Source: a virus. Taken from it: a stretch of 64,000 bases of DNA. Position numbers and translations under genes: made by a program. A model generated the notes under the pieces. It was not told where the DNA came from. It did no database searches and saw only the letters and a program-made list of their open reading frames with translations. This document shows, piece by piece, positions 54,032-63,055 of this stretch. The stretch covers positions 96,001-160,000 of the IMG/VR virus record IMGVR_UViG_3300032180_000001. The stretch is one strand, 5' to 3'. Position 1 is the stretch's first letter. Every line of letters starts with the position of its first letter.

Positions 54032-54562
54032 TCAGCCCCGAACCGCCCGGCCACCGCGGAGAACCCTGCCGCCGGCACCCGGCTGGAAGCGTCCCGAGCC
54101 GGCCTCAGGCTCGTTGCCCCTGATGCCTTCAAGCTGCGGACCGCCGGTCGCGTAACCCTGGTCGTTGGCGTCCGTCGAGTCCCGCGGGCCGGAAACGTCA
54201 TCGCTCACAGTCGTCGTGGTGTACGGGCCGATGCCGTCATTGGGAGTCGTGTAAGTGATCGAGTCCGCACCGCCCGTGCTGTCAGTTGCGCCCTGCGTAC
54301 CGGGAGCGCCCGTGCTAGTGATGTCCGCATCGCTGACGCCGGTCACGCTGTCGCTAACCTGACCGATTTCGTTGGTCGGGTCGAGTCCTGCCGTCCTGCC
54401 GCCCTGCGTGCCAGGCGCACCTGTGCCGGTAGGAAGAGGACCGCCGAAGATCGCGGTGCTCCAGTCGCCGGGCGGGTAGCCTTCGTTTCCGGTGGGGTCG
54501 CCTGCCTTGCTGGTACCCGAGTACGGCCTGCCGCTCGTCGGGGTCTTTCCTGAGTCAGCCAT
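54032..54562 (-). CDS. Gly/Thr/Asp-rich disordered protein
   Basis: Repeated TGAPGTQG; 176 aa. Confidence 0.65.
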   Translation of the reverse strand: MADSGKTPTSGRPYSGTSKAGDPTGNEGYPPGDWSTAIFGGPLPTGTGAPGTQGGRTAGLDPTNEIGQVSDSVTGVSDADITSTGAPGTQGATDSTGGADSITYTTPNDGIGPYTTTTVSDDVSGPRDSTDANDQGYATGGPQLEGIRGNEPEAGSGRFQPGAGGRVLRGGRAVRG

Positions 54563-54598
54563 TTCGGGCTCCTATCGTCATGTCCTGCCATGTCTATC

Positions 54599-55042
54599 TT
54601 ACAGCCGGCCGCCGAACGCCGACTGAAGCTGGGCCTTGGTCAGCGCCCCGGCCTCATCAAGGCTGGTGCCCTGACTGACCGCGTACGCTACCCAGGCTGA
54701 TTTCGGATCCGCCGGGGCCGGACGCGGAACCTCGGGAGAAGGGGCCGGCGGCGGAGGCTCGTGATGCGGAACAGGCGGTGCGGCTTCCGCTGCCTTCACC
54801 GCTGCGGGCGTCTGGGTAACTTCCGTCACCGAAACCGGAGTCTCCCATGACTGAGCGGCTGGCGGCGCTGACGGCGGTGGAGCAGGACGTGCCCAGTCCG
54901 GTGCCGCTACCTGCCTGGCCAGCTGACCGCGGACAAGCGCAATGCCTTCATCATCATCGACCTCGAACACCGCGTACTTCGGCGGCCACGCGTCCCCGCC
55001 CGGACGGCCCCCGGAGATCCCCTCGAGCATCTGAACCCACAT
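54599..55042 (-). CDS. Post-capsid protein with Pro-rich linker and C-terminal helical (HeH-like) motif
   Basis: KSAWVAYAVSQG...ALTKAQL. Confidence 0.6.
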   Translation of the reverse strand: MWVQMLEGISGGRPGGDAWPPKYAVFEVDDDEGIALVRGQLARQVAAPDWARPAPPPSAPPAAQSWETPVSVTEVTQTPAAVKAAEAAPPVPHHEPPPPAPSPEVPRPAPADPKSAWVAYAVSQGTSLDEAGALTKAQLQSAFGGRL

Positions 55043-55044
55043 GC

Positions 55045-55353
55045 CTATGCTTCCCTCCGGAAGTCGTTAATATCGACAAGCTGCCTCGTGCCCGATGACG
55101 AGCAGTCGGTACACACGAATGTCTTCCCATCGCCATTCTCGCTGATGATCCGGGCGCCGGGAAGAGCGAAATGACCGCAGGCCAGCCGCTGCAGGCCACC
55201 CGTCTCCCGGCACTTAGCGCACGCGAGCTGACCTGTCTTCAGCCGGAGTGCCCGCCGCACCGAACCCGACCCAAGCGACCGCCCGCAGAACGCGCACCGT
55301 TCCCGAGGAGCCGACGGTGCCTGCCGGATCCTGGCTCGACGCGTATTACTCAT
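55045..55353 (-). CDS. Multi-CxxC zinc-binding protein
   Basis: CAFC, CAKC, CGH, CTDC. Confidence 0.55.
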   Translation of the reverse strand: MSNTRRARIRQAPSAPRERCAFCGRSLGSGSVRRALRLKTGQLACAKCRETGGLQRLACGHFALPGARIISENGDGKTFVCTDCSSSGTRQLVDINDFRREA

Positions 55354-56170
55354 GTCGGGTCACCGTCTCCAAAGCCTCGCGCACCTCATCAGGATAATTC
55401 TCGACAACGAACGCGATAAGGTCTGAAACCCGCTGCCCCCGCGGCTGGCGCTGGTTCGTCCACAGTTCCAGGTTCTCCGGCCGGTTGTCGCTGCGGATAC
55501 CGTTCTTGTGATGCGGTTCCTCGAACGTGCGCAGCTCGCGCCCGAGCATCTGCTCCATCACTAGCCGATGCTCCAGGATCGGGCGACCGTTCCGACGCTC
55601 GGGTGACATCCTGTAGCCATCGGTAGTGGTATATCCCTGGCTCTTGCGAGGCTGCGCGCCCCACTTGCCTTCCGGATCGCCGGTAAGCTTCCACCGACTA
55701 TAGTGCATCCGACACCAACCGCGTGACGTAGCCTGCCTGGGACACTCTTCAATAGAGCAAGACTTACCCTTGTACTTAGACTTACGTTCCTGCTGAGGAG
55801 TAACTAGCTCCGGTCCCCCAGGATCTCCGGTTCGCCGTACGCGGGCGTAATGCCCCTGACAGTAACCGCGCGCTTTAGCAGGATTATCACAGCCTCCTAC
55901 CGAGCACTCCGCACCTGGATTCCAGATCCGAGTAGGTTCTGGCGTCCCCCGTCGCTGCACTCTCATATAATGCGCTTTGCAGTAACCCTTGGCGTAGGGC
56001 TTTTCATCGCAATCATCAGCCTGGCATTCGGAAGCCTGCCGTACATACTCCCGCAACGGATGCAGTGGCTTACCACTCATGAACTGCTTATAGTGCTGCG
56101 TACAGTAACTACGACTGTAGTACGGCCTGCCGCAATCCTCGTAGTCACAGATTCGATCTGAGGCTGGCAT
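55346..56170 (-). CDS. HNH endonuclease with four CxxxxC..A(K/R)GYC..HY repeats
   Basis: ILEHRLVMEQMLGRELRTFEEPHHKNGIRSDNRPENLELW. Confidence 0.9.
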   Translation of the reverse strand: MPASDRICDYEDCGRPYYSRSYCTQHYKQFMSGKPLHPLREYVRQASECQADDCDEKPYAKGYCKAHYMRVQRRGTPEPTRIWNPGAECSVGGCDNPAKARGYCQGHYARVRRTGDPGGPELVTPQQERKSKYKGKSCSIEECPRQATSRGWCRMHYSRWKLTGDPEGKWGAQPRKSQGYTTTDGYRMSPERRNGRPILEHRLVMEQMLGRELRTFEEPHHKNGIRSDNRPENLELWTNQRQPRGQRVSDLIAFVVENYPDEVREALETVTRHE

Positions 56171-56328
56171 CTCCTGGTGTGTCCTTCCGTGAGATGGTAC
56201 GAAGGCAAACGGCATCTGCACCGTGCGCCTCCTAAACTGTACCATCTCACGGACTGACATGTAAATCCCGACTTTCCCCTGTCCGACCTAATCGAACGAG
56301 TTCTCGAAAAAACTCTTTGAACTGCTGA

Positions 56329-57582
56329 TCAGGTAGAAGCTCCCTTAAAGAGCTTCACGGCGCCGGTGCGATCGACCATAGTCCCATCACCACGGAGGAT
56401 GGCCCTAAATGTCACGAGATCAGTGGAAAATGCGAAATCATCGCTACGCTCGAAGCGGACCCCGCCGACGAGCCGGACGAAATACTGGCTGAAGTCACCG
56501 AACGCGATGGGGGTCGCGCCGGTGGCGAGAGCGGGCATGAACGGGTCCGCGACGAGGGGCTTGCCGAGTAGCAGGTCGGGCGATCCGAGCACCGCGGAGG
56601 GCTCCCAGATCGGCCTGCCTACGGTGTCCGTGATCTTGCGGAATCCGCCGATGGTCTTGTCCGCCGCGAGCCAGTAGCAGCTGCGTGACTGACGATACGG
56701 TGCGATGACCGAGTACTCCAGGTCCACCAGGTTGGCGTAGCTGGGGGCACCCGCAACGCCGGTCGTAGCGCCGGTGACGCCGACCGAGTTGTTGATGATC
56801 CCGTAAGGCTGACCGGAACCGGTGCCGTTCACCAGGTCGGTGCCGAATGCGTTGCCCAGCGCGCGGCCGGCCTGCATGGCGAGATAGCCGAGCAGGTCGA
56901 CGGCAGTGTCATCGATCAGCTCGCGAGCCACCTGCAGCATGATGCCGTACTTGTAAGCCGACAGCTGCTGCATGCTGAACGCCGGGTCGGAGGTAGCGAG
57001 GGCACCCGCCTGGGCCGCCGACGCCGCCGTGGAGTGCGCGGTCGTCTTCGGCACCTGCAGCGTCTCGCCGCCCCCGGTGTTGAGCACCGTAGGACCGCAC
57101 TGCATGACCCCGGACACCTCGATGAGGTGCGCGATGAGCATGTCGTAGAAGTCTGTAGGCACAATGCTCGACGCGTTGGTGCCCTGTGTGCCTGTGGTCA
57201 GGACACGATAGTTGACCGGACCGCGGGCACTGGTGTCGTGCCGGAATTCCATCGCCCGGGGTGCGCCATCCTCGCCACGCGCCCACTTGCGGAATTCGCC
57301 TTCCAGGCCCTGCATCGCTGCCGGGACCGGGCGCTGATCGGCTGGCTTGCCGGAAAGCGCATCATAAGCAGCGTCCGCATCCTTGGCCCTCTTCTCGGTG
57401 TCGAGAACGGCCTTGATGCGAGTATCGAGGGTACCCATCTCCTCCTGCATGGCGTCCCAGCGGCCCTGCTCTTCGGGAGTGAAGGCCCTGTTCTCCTCGG
57501 CCGCGGTCTCGGCGATCTTCCTTGCCTCGTTCCAGACGCCGAGACGCCGGTCACGAAGCTTCTTCGCAACTTCACTAGCCAT
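56329..57582 (-). CDS. HK97-fold major capsid protein (with delta domain)
   Basis: Coiled-coil N-terminus, then IVPTDFYDMLIAHL...LSAYKYG...LLGKP...FGDFS...F.TDLVTFRAILRGDG. Confidence 0.95.
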   Translation of the reverse strand: MASEVAKKLRDRRLGVWNEARKIAETAAEENRAFTPEEQGRWDAMQEEMGTLDTRIKAVLDTEKRAKDADAAYDALSGKPADQRPVPAAMQGLEGEFRKWARGEDGAPRAMEFRHDTSARGPVNYRVLTTGTQGTNASSIVPTDFYDMLIAHLIEVSGVMQCGPTVLNTGGGETLQVPKTTAHSTAASAAQAGALATSDPAFSMQQLSAYKYGIMLQVARELIDDTAVDLLGYLAMQAGRALGNAFGTDLVNGTGSGQPYGIINNSVGVTGATTGVAGAPSYANLVDLEYSVIAPYRQSRSCYWLAADKTIGGFRKITDTVGRPIWEPSAVLGSPDLLLGKPLVADPFMPALATGATPIAFGDFSQYFVRLVGGVRFERSDDFAFSTDLVTFRAILRGDGTMVDRTGAVKLFKGAST

Positions 57583-57638
57583 AGCTAGCCCCTCCTTCTA
57601 CGGGGGATCGGTTGAAACACCCACATCGGATGTCTCGG

Positions 57639-57682
57639 TACCGGCTCCGTCCGCACCCTGGAAGGGCAGCTACGGCCTCGGA
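57639..57682 (-). promoter_or_regulatory. Variant late-leader hairpin upstream of the major capsid gene
   Basis: CCG-AGG-CC-long inner stem-GG-AGC-CGG (AGG in place of CGG). Confidence 0.55.
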
Positions 57683-57712
57683 AATTTTGTTGTCAGCTAC
57701 CTGCGCGGACTG

Positions 57713-58726
57713 CTAGATCTCGTCTGCGTAGGGGTCTTCCTGGTTGGCCTGCAGCGCGAGCATGGCCTGCGCCCCGGACAGCACCGGCTTGGGCGGCGGC
57801 TTCGGAGCCGGGATGTTCCGCTTGTCCGGGCCGATATTGTCGGTACGCTTGAAGAATTCGAGTACACGCCCGTCGTTCACCCTGGAACGAACTTCCTCGA
57901 CGTCGGCCTGCACCCAATTGGCGAGGGATTCGACCGCACCGTTCATGGCCCTGGCTGCGGCCGTCGCGTCGGGGTAGGCCGGGTCGAGCACCGGCGCCAC
58001 GTCGACGAGCTGCACGGACACGAGGGTCCGCATCGGGAAGTTGAAGTCCGTGACGCCCCATTCGTCACCGCCGGGGAAGACCCGGAATGCAAAGCTGGAA
58101 TGCCGGACGTCTCCGCGATCGACGTATTCGAGAATGTCAGCCCGGGACTGCGGCGGCAGGACGTCGTAGAGAAGGCCCTGCTGATCGACTCGAAGCGAGA
58201 GCGTGTTGGCGTGCGTGGTGCCAAGTAGCAGGTCATCCTTGTGGTTGAATCGGCACACGACATCCGGCCAGTTCTCAGTGCGCGACTGGTCGAAGGCGGT
58301 AGTGTCGACCTGCTCCACGAAGCCGCTCATCCGTCGGGACAGCTTGTTGAAGCACGCGGCGTAGCCGTAGATACGCTTCGGACCACCGGAATGCTCTTCC
58401 CTGGTCTCCAGCGGGAACTTGGTGAACCGGCGCTCCGGCCACGCATCACCCGAGGTGGTTGCCCCGAGAGCGTCACGCTGCGCTCCCGACACCTTGATGC
58501 CGAAACGCCTCGCGGCCGTCATGATCTTCGGCATTGCCTGCTTGCCGAACGGAGACTGCGGTGCCCGCGCGAGAGCATTACGAGCATGTGCCTCATCATG
58601 CACCGGGAAATGCCGCTTGCTTCGCGGCGATGTCCGACCTGACGGGTCCTTTATGCCACCCGGCTCGATAAATGCGAATGCGCTGTCTTCGAGGTCGTTG
58701 ATTGCTTGAGATGATAGTGTGCTCAC
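57713..58726 (-). CDS. HK97 prohead protease with an N-terminal small extra domain
   Basis: IYGYAACFN...FVEQVDTTAF...CRFNHKDDLLLGTT...RGDVRHSSFAF...LVDVAPVLDPAYPD. Confidence 0.92.
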   Translation of the reverse strand: MSTLSSQAINDLEDSAFAFIEPGGIKDPSGRTSPRSKRHFPVHDEAHARNALARAPQSPFGKQAMPKIMTAARRFGIKVSGAQRDALGATTSGDAWPERRFTKFPLETREEHSGGPKRIYGYAACFNKLSRRMSGFVEQVDTTAFDQSRTENWPDVVCRFNHKDDLLLGTTHANTLSLRVDQQGLLYDVLPPQSRADILEYVDRGDVRHSSFAFRVFPGGDEWGVTDFNFPMRTLVSVQLVDVAPVLDPAYPDATAAARAMNGAVESLANWVQADVEEVRSRVNDGRVLEFFKRTDNIGPDKRNIPAPKPPPKPVLSGAQAMLALQANQEDPYADEI

Positions 58727-58755
58727 AGATCTTCCTTCCATGTTATACTTAGGTC

Positions 58756-59448
58756 ATGACCAGTGGACGTAACCCTGACTACATCCCGGGCAAGACCTGC
58801 GAGAACTGCGGGAAGCCTATTCCGTGGCGTCCCGGGATAGAGGTGCGAGCGAGAGCCCGCTGGTGCAGCAAAGACTGCTTCCAAACCGCTGGACGCGATG
58901 CTGCACCTAAGCCGTGTGAAAACTGCGGCAAGCCAATCCCGTGGCGGGAAGGCCGCGCAGCCCGTACTAAGGCTCGCTTCTGCTGCGACGCCTGTAAATT
59001 CGCTTGGCAGAAGCTCCACCCGCCGAATCCACGACAACCTCGGGAAACGAAGCCATGCGACACATGCGGCAAGCCTGTCGAGTACCTTCCATCCCAGAAG
59101 CTGGCAAGTAAGTACCCGAACGGAAACATCTACTGCTCCCGAGAATGCTTCGGTATCGGGCATTCTAAAACCATGACGGGACGCCGTCCCAGCGGAGGCA
59201 TCTATACCTCGCCCAGCACCTTCCGACTGATGATCCGACGCGAATTCTTCGACCGCTGCGCCATCTGCGGCTGGGACACAACCCCGTGCGACGTCGCGCA
59301 CATCATCGATCGGAAAGACGGCGGACCCGACTCGCTGGAGAACGTTGTGATGCTGTGCCCGAACCACCACCGGGCCTTCGACATGAAGTTGATCCCCGTC
59401 GAGACAATCCGGCTGGCACGAGAAACGATCCTGCGTAATCATCAGTGA
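58756..59448 (+). CDS. HNH endonuclease with CxxC..CS Zn-finger repeats; probably leaderless
   Basis: CAICGW...DVAHII...GGPDSLENVVMLCPNHHRAFD; TGtTATACT 6 nt before the ATG. Confidence 0.88.
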   Translation: MTSGRNPDYIPGKTCENCGKPIPWRPGIEVRARARWCSKDCFQTAGRDAAPKPCENCGKPIPWREGRAARTKARFCCDACKFAWQKLHPPNPRQPRETKPCDTCGKPVEYLPSQKLASKYPNGNIYCSRECFGIGHSKTMTGRRPSGGIYTSPSTFRLMIRREFFDRCAICGWDTTPCDVAHIIDRKDGGPDSLENVVMLCPNHHRAFDMKLIPVETIRLARETILRNHQ

Positions 59449-62133
59449 TCACCGTGCCCGTTTCCGTTACCATTCATTGATCCGGCCAGGACTGACCGCT
59501 CCGCATCGGACGGTATCCACGCCCCAACGTATTCAGGCTCGACCTTTTCCGCACGAGCCCGTCCTTCACGCGCCAGCGCCCGCAGGACAGCTATCAGACC
59601 ATCCGTGGACAGATCTCCGGCATCTCGCGTCTTCGTCAGAACGGCTGCAAGCAATGATGCGGGAGATTTCGCAGACGGCTCAATATTAGGCTGCGCGATA
59701 CCTTCCTGCTGAAGCTTTTCCAGCCGGTCTGCGGCTAGGTCCATCTCCAGCGTAATCTGGGGAAGCATGGAGTTCGGAATGCCGCGAATAGAGTGAGCCA
59801 TCGCGACCATGACATCCGCCGGGATAACCTCATTGCCTGCCCCGCCTGGAAGTGGCCCCATGTCTTCCTTCTCGCGAATCTCGTCGATGGTCAGGATCCC
59901 CGTGTCCCGCTGAGACTCGTAGATCTCCGTCCGGGTCTTCAGATCAGTCTTCAGCAGCGCGTCAGAATTAAAGCGAACGTACCGGTTAGCGGGAATAATA
60001 TCGAAGAACGCGGTCTCTAGCCTAACCATCCACGGACGCAAGGATTCAATGACCTGAAGGGTACTCATCTCTACCGTGTTGCCAGTAAAATAGCAGGTGC
60101 CGTTCCGACGCGCATACCAAGACTTACTTGGCGTACTTACACACCATACAAGATCTGTAACCTCGTCGGTCACGTACTCCGGATGACCCTTCGGCTTACG
60201 CCACGGTGAAATCTGAATCGGCATAACATACATACCATGCTTATTCGGTCCCCGTACCACGCCCGAGCGTCCAGACAGTGCGCAGGCAACCTGGAACGCA
60301 TCAAGCCGCGCTTTATCCTTCTGTGCCATCGTCCAACTTGCGGCATGCCGAGAGCCATCAGCATCGAGGGACGTTTGAATGAAAAGCTCAAGCTGTGCCC
60401 TGGTAAGCTGGCTCAGAAATTCCGTAGAAACTACCTTAGCAGGAGCATGCTTTGTCAGCACCTGCCCAGCTTGCGCGTTCAACCTGAAATGCACGTGCCC
60501 CCGCTCGTCCAGGTCTTCCTGCCATGCCGGACCGCCATCGTGCTGTCCCGTAAGACCATTTCGCAGATTTCGCACCACACTCGCGTGTGAACCGCACTTC
60601 CGAGCTATTCCCCGATTCGTCCCACTCGGATCACGAAGTAGCTCAACCCGGATAAGATCCCGCTTCTTCCGCCCACGCCCGCCTAGCAACGAAACGCCAC
60701 GCTCTACAGCACTTGGCCCAAACATCTCCGTCAGCGCTGCCCTAATCCGCATTACGTTCAGCGGGTTCACTCGCTCCGACTGAGCAATTGTCACGGCACC
60801 TGATTCCCCGATCCATCCCTCTGTCCAGAACCAAGCCACCAACTCAGCTAGTGCGTCCGACCACTTCGGCTCTACCGGAGTCACAACCGGAGCCGCCGCG
60901 CAGACCCGCGAATTAATCGGCATAGTTTCTGTAGTTCGCCACTGGTAACCTTCGTTTCTGCGCCTTTCCCCAGACAACATCACAGGCCAACGATGATTTG
61001 GCGTGGTTACCGACGAATGTGACAGGTTCTCCAGGCGGATAACCGGATAAGACGCGTCATCAAAAACATGTACCTTTTGAACTGGCTGCCATTCAGCCAT
61101 ACCCGTTTCAGTATTCAGTCCAAGACAAGTGTCCCCGGCAAGCACCTGATCGTGCCTCAGCCAACCGCGCAAGGTTAGGATTTCCGTCTCAGCATCAGCG
61201 CAGTTGTAGGTTAGACTGTCAGCCCTTTTCCCGCCAACGCGATCCGGAGGAAGCCCATAAATGGCAGCAAGCTGGGTAGCGCTAAACTGCTGACTCTCGA
61301 TGAATTGAGCTTCAGACGGCGGAACTGTTATCGGCTTGTATTCCCAGTCTCGACCGTAGACGAGTGGCGTATGGTTCCGGATCGCATCGACTAGCTGCTC
61401 CTTGATCTGGTCAGACGCATCCTTATCCACTTCCAGCTGATTATTCTGAAAGGTGCCTGGTGGAAAACCACCGGAAGCGAACCAGTCGTTGCCAAACCGC
61501 TGGGCTTCCGTTCCCGACGAGATCGTCAGCATGAAATGCCGTAGCGGAGAAATACCCTCCGTACGGCCGGGGAGCGTAAATGCCCGGATATGAAAAAGCT
61601 CGTCACGCCAGTTTTCAATCAACCGTCCGTAGACGTACACCCGGGTACGAAGGGGATTCCATGGCTGCTGCGGGTCATCAATGACGTTAACCATGTCCGG
61701 CGGAATCCAATCGATTCCAGTCGGGTAACTAAAGCCATCGCGACCGGTGACGAAACCCCAGGCGTTTCCGTGCAGGAGCAGTGATGTCATGCACTGGTAC
61801 ACCCAGTCAAAGGTGTTCGCGCTGACTGATGGCCGATCAAAAATAGACGGTCCCCAGTACCTGGCCGCAACGCCACCGCCGGGGGCTCGTGTGTAAAGCT
61901 TGATTGGCAGGCTGGCGAGAGATTCGGCTAGCAACCGGACGCAGGAATAGAGTGCCGGAAGACCGAGTGCCTGATCCTGGCCGTAGAACGCCCGGGACGG
62001 ATGAATCGGCCCACCTTGCGAAAATTTGAAGTAAATAGGGTGAATCCCATGGACGAATTAATCGCCATGGAACTCCGCCGATAACGCGCTGCTCAACACT
62101 TCTGTCAGCCAAGATGCGATCAAGGAAACCCAT
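59442..62133 (-). CDS. HK97-type portal protein, needing a +4 nt recoding event at 62037-62031 and intein excision
   Basis: N-part MGFLDRILADRSVEQRVIGGVPWR(LIR)PWDSPY joins FKFSQGGP...ALGLPALYSCVRLLAESLASLP...LLHGNAW...GISPL...QLAAIYGLPP...|intein|...TIDEIREKED. Confidence 0.88.
60078..61202 (-). mobile_element. Intein with LAGLIDADG endonuclease and an HTH-like insert (375 aa)
   Basis: CADAETEILTLRGW...TTPNHRW...AWFWTEGW...SLDADGS...DLVWCVSTPSKSWYARRNGTCYFTGN followed by Thr. Confidence 0.92.
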
Positions 62134-62174
62134 AACCCCTACCACCTCCCTCCGCCTACTGCTAGAATGGAACT

Positions 62175-62867
62175 ATGGGTAGAGGGACGCCGGACCTGGC
62201 AGATCAAAAATTCGGGCGCCTGCGGGTGCTGACGCGAGACTGGGACGCTCCTGGTCCACATGCTCAATGGCTGTGCTGGTGCGACTGTGGCACGATGACT
62301 TCGGTAGCTAGCAGCGCTCTGCGCTCGGGTGCAACACAAAGCTGCGGCTGCCTGCACAGTGAACGAACGGCAACATCGAACGCAGCTCGCGCAGGCTATA
62401 GCGCGCCTATCCGCAGGAACACAAAGCCCCGACCTAGCTTGGCTGACCCAACAGTATGGCGCAGTAGCTCCCGATCCTACGGAAGCTGGATTAACATGAT
62501 TCGCCGTTGCACGCACATGAACGATCCGCGATACCCCGAATGGGGTGGACGAGGTATCACTGTCTGCGAACGCTGGTTGTCCTTCGACAATTTTCTGGCC
62601 GATATGGGAGAACGTCCGCCTAAAATGTCCCTGAACAGAATCGATAACAACGGGAACTACGAACCCGAAAACTGCAACTGGGCTACATCTCATGAGCAAC
62701 AGATGAACACCAGGAGCTTTAAACTGATACCCGAAGTGGTAGCCGAGATCAAACGTCTCCGCACAACTGGACTGACACTGGACGCGATTGGAACGAAGCT
62801 CAACCTGCATCGCAATACTGTGTCGCGAGCCCTGAGCGGGAAGACGCGGCAGCGTAGCGGTAAGTAG
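62175..62867 (+). CDS. HNH-type homing endonuclease with C-terminal HTH; probably leaderless
   Basis: WLCWCDCG...SCGC...SWINMIRRC...[43 protein letters not shown]; TGcTAGAAT 6 nt before the ATG. Confidence 0.88.
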   Translation: MGRGTPDLADQKFGRLRVLTRDWDAPGPHAQWLCWCDCGTMTSVASSALRSGATQSCGCLHSERTATSNAARAGYSAPIRRNTKPRPSLADPTVWRSSSRSYGSWINMIRRCTHMNDPRYPEWGGRGITVCERWLSFDNFLADMGERPPKMSLNRIDNNGNYEPENCNWATSHEQQMNTRSFKLIPEVVAEIKRLRTTGLTLDAIGTKLNLHRNTVSRALSGKTRQRSGK

Positions 62868-62933
62868 CTTTGACCTACCGTTCACCTGCTCGACTTGCCT
62901 CACCTGACAACAGACCCTTCGCTGGAACGAGGG

Positions 62934-62957
62934 CCTGGCTCCGACGCTGGCCGCAGG
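62934..62957 (-). promoter_or_regulatory. Conserved late-leader hairpin copy for the portal transcript (separated from portal by the inserted HNH gene)
   Basis: CCUG-CGG-CC-agcguc-GG-AGC-CAGG downstream of TACTCT. Confidence 0.7.
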
Positions 62958-63055
62958 CACTATTGGCTACAGAGTACGTCATGGACGCCGTTCCGCAAAC
63001 CATTCTAGGCACTTATCTCGGATCAGCGACGCTTACAGACTTTACGATACAGTCT

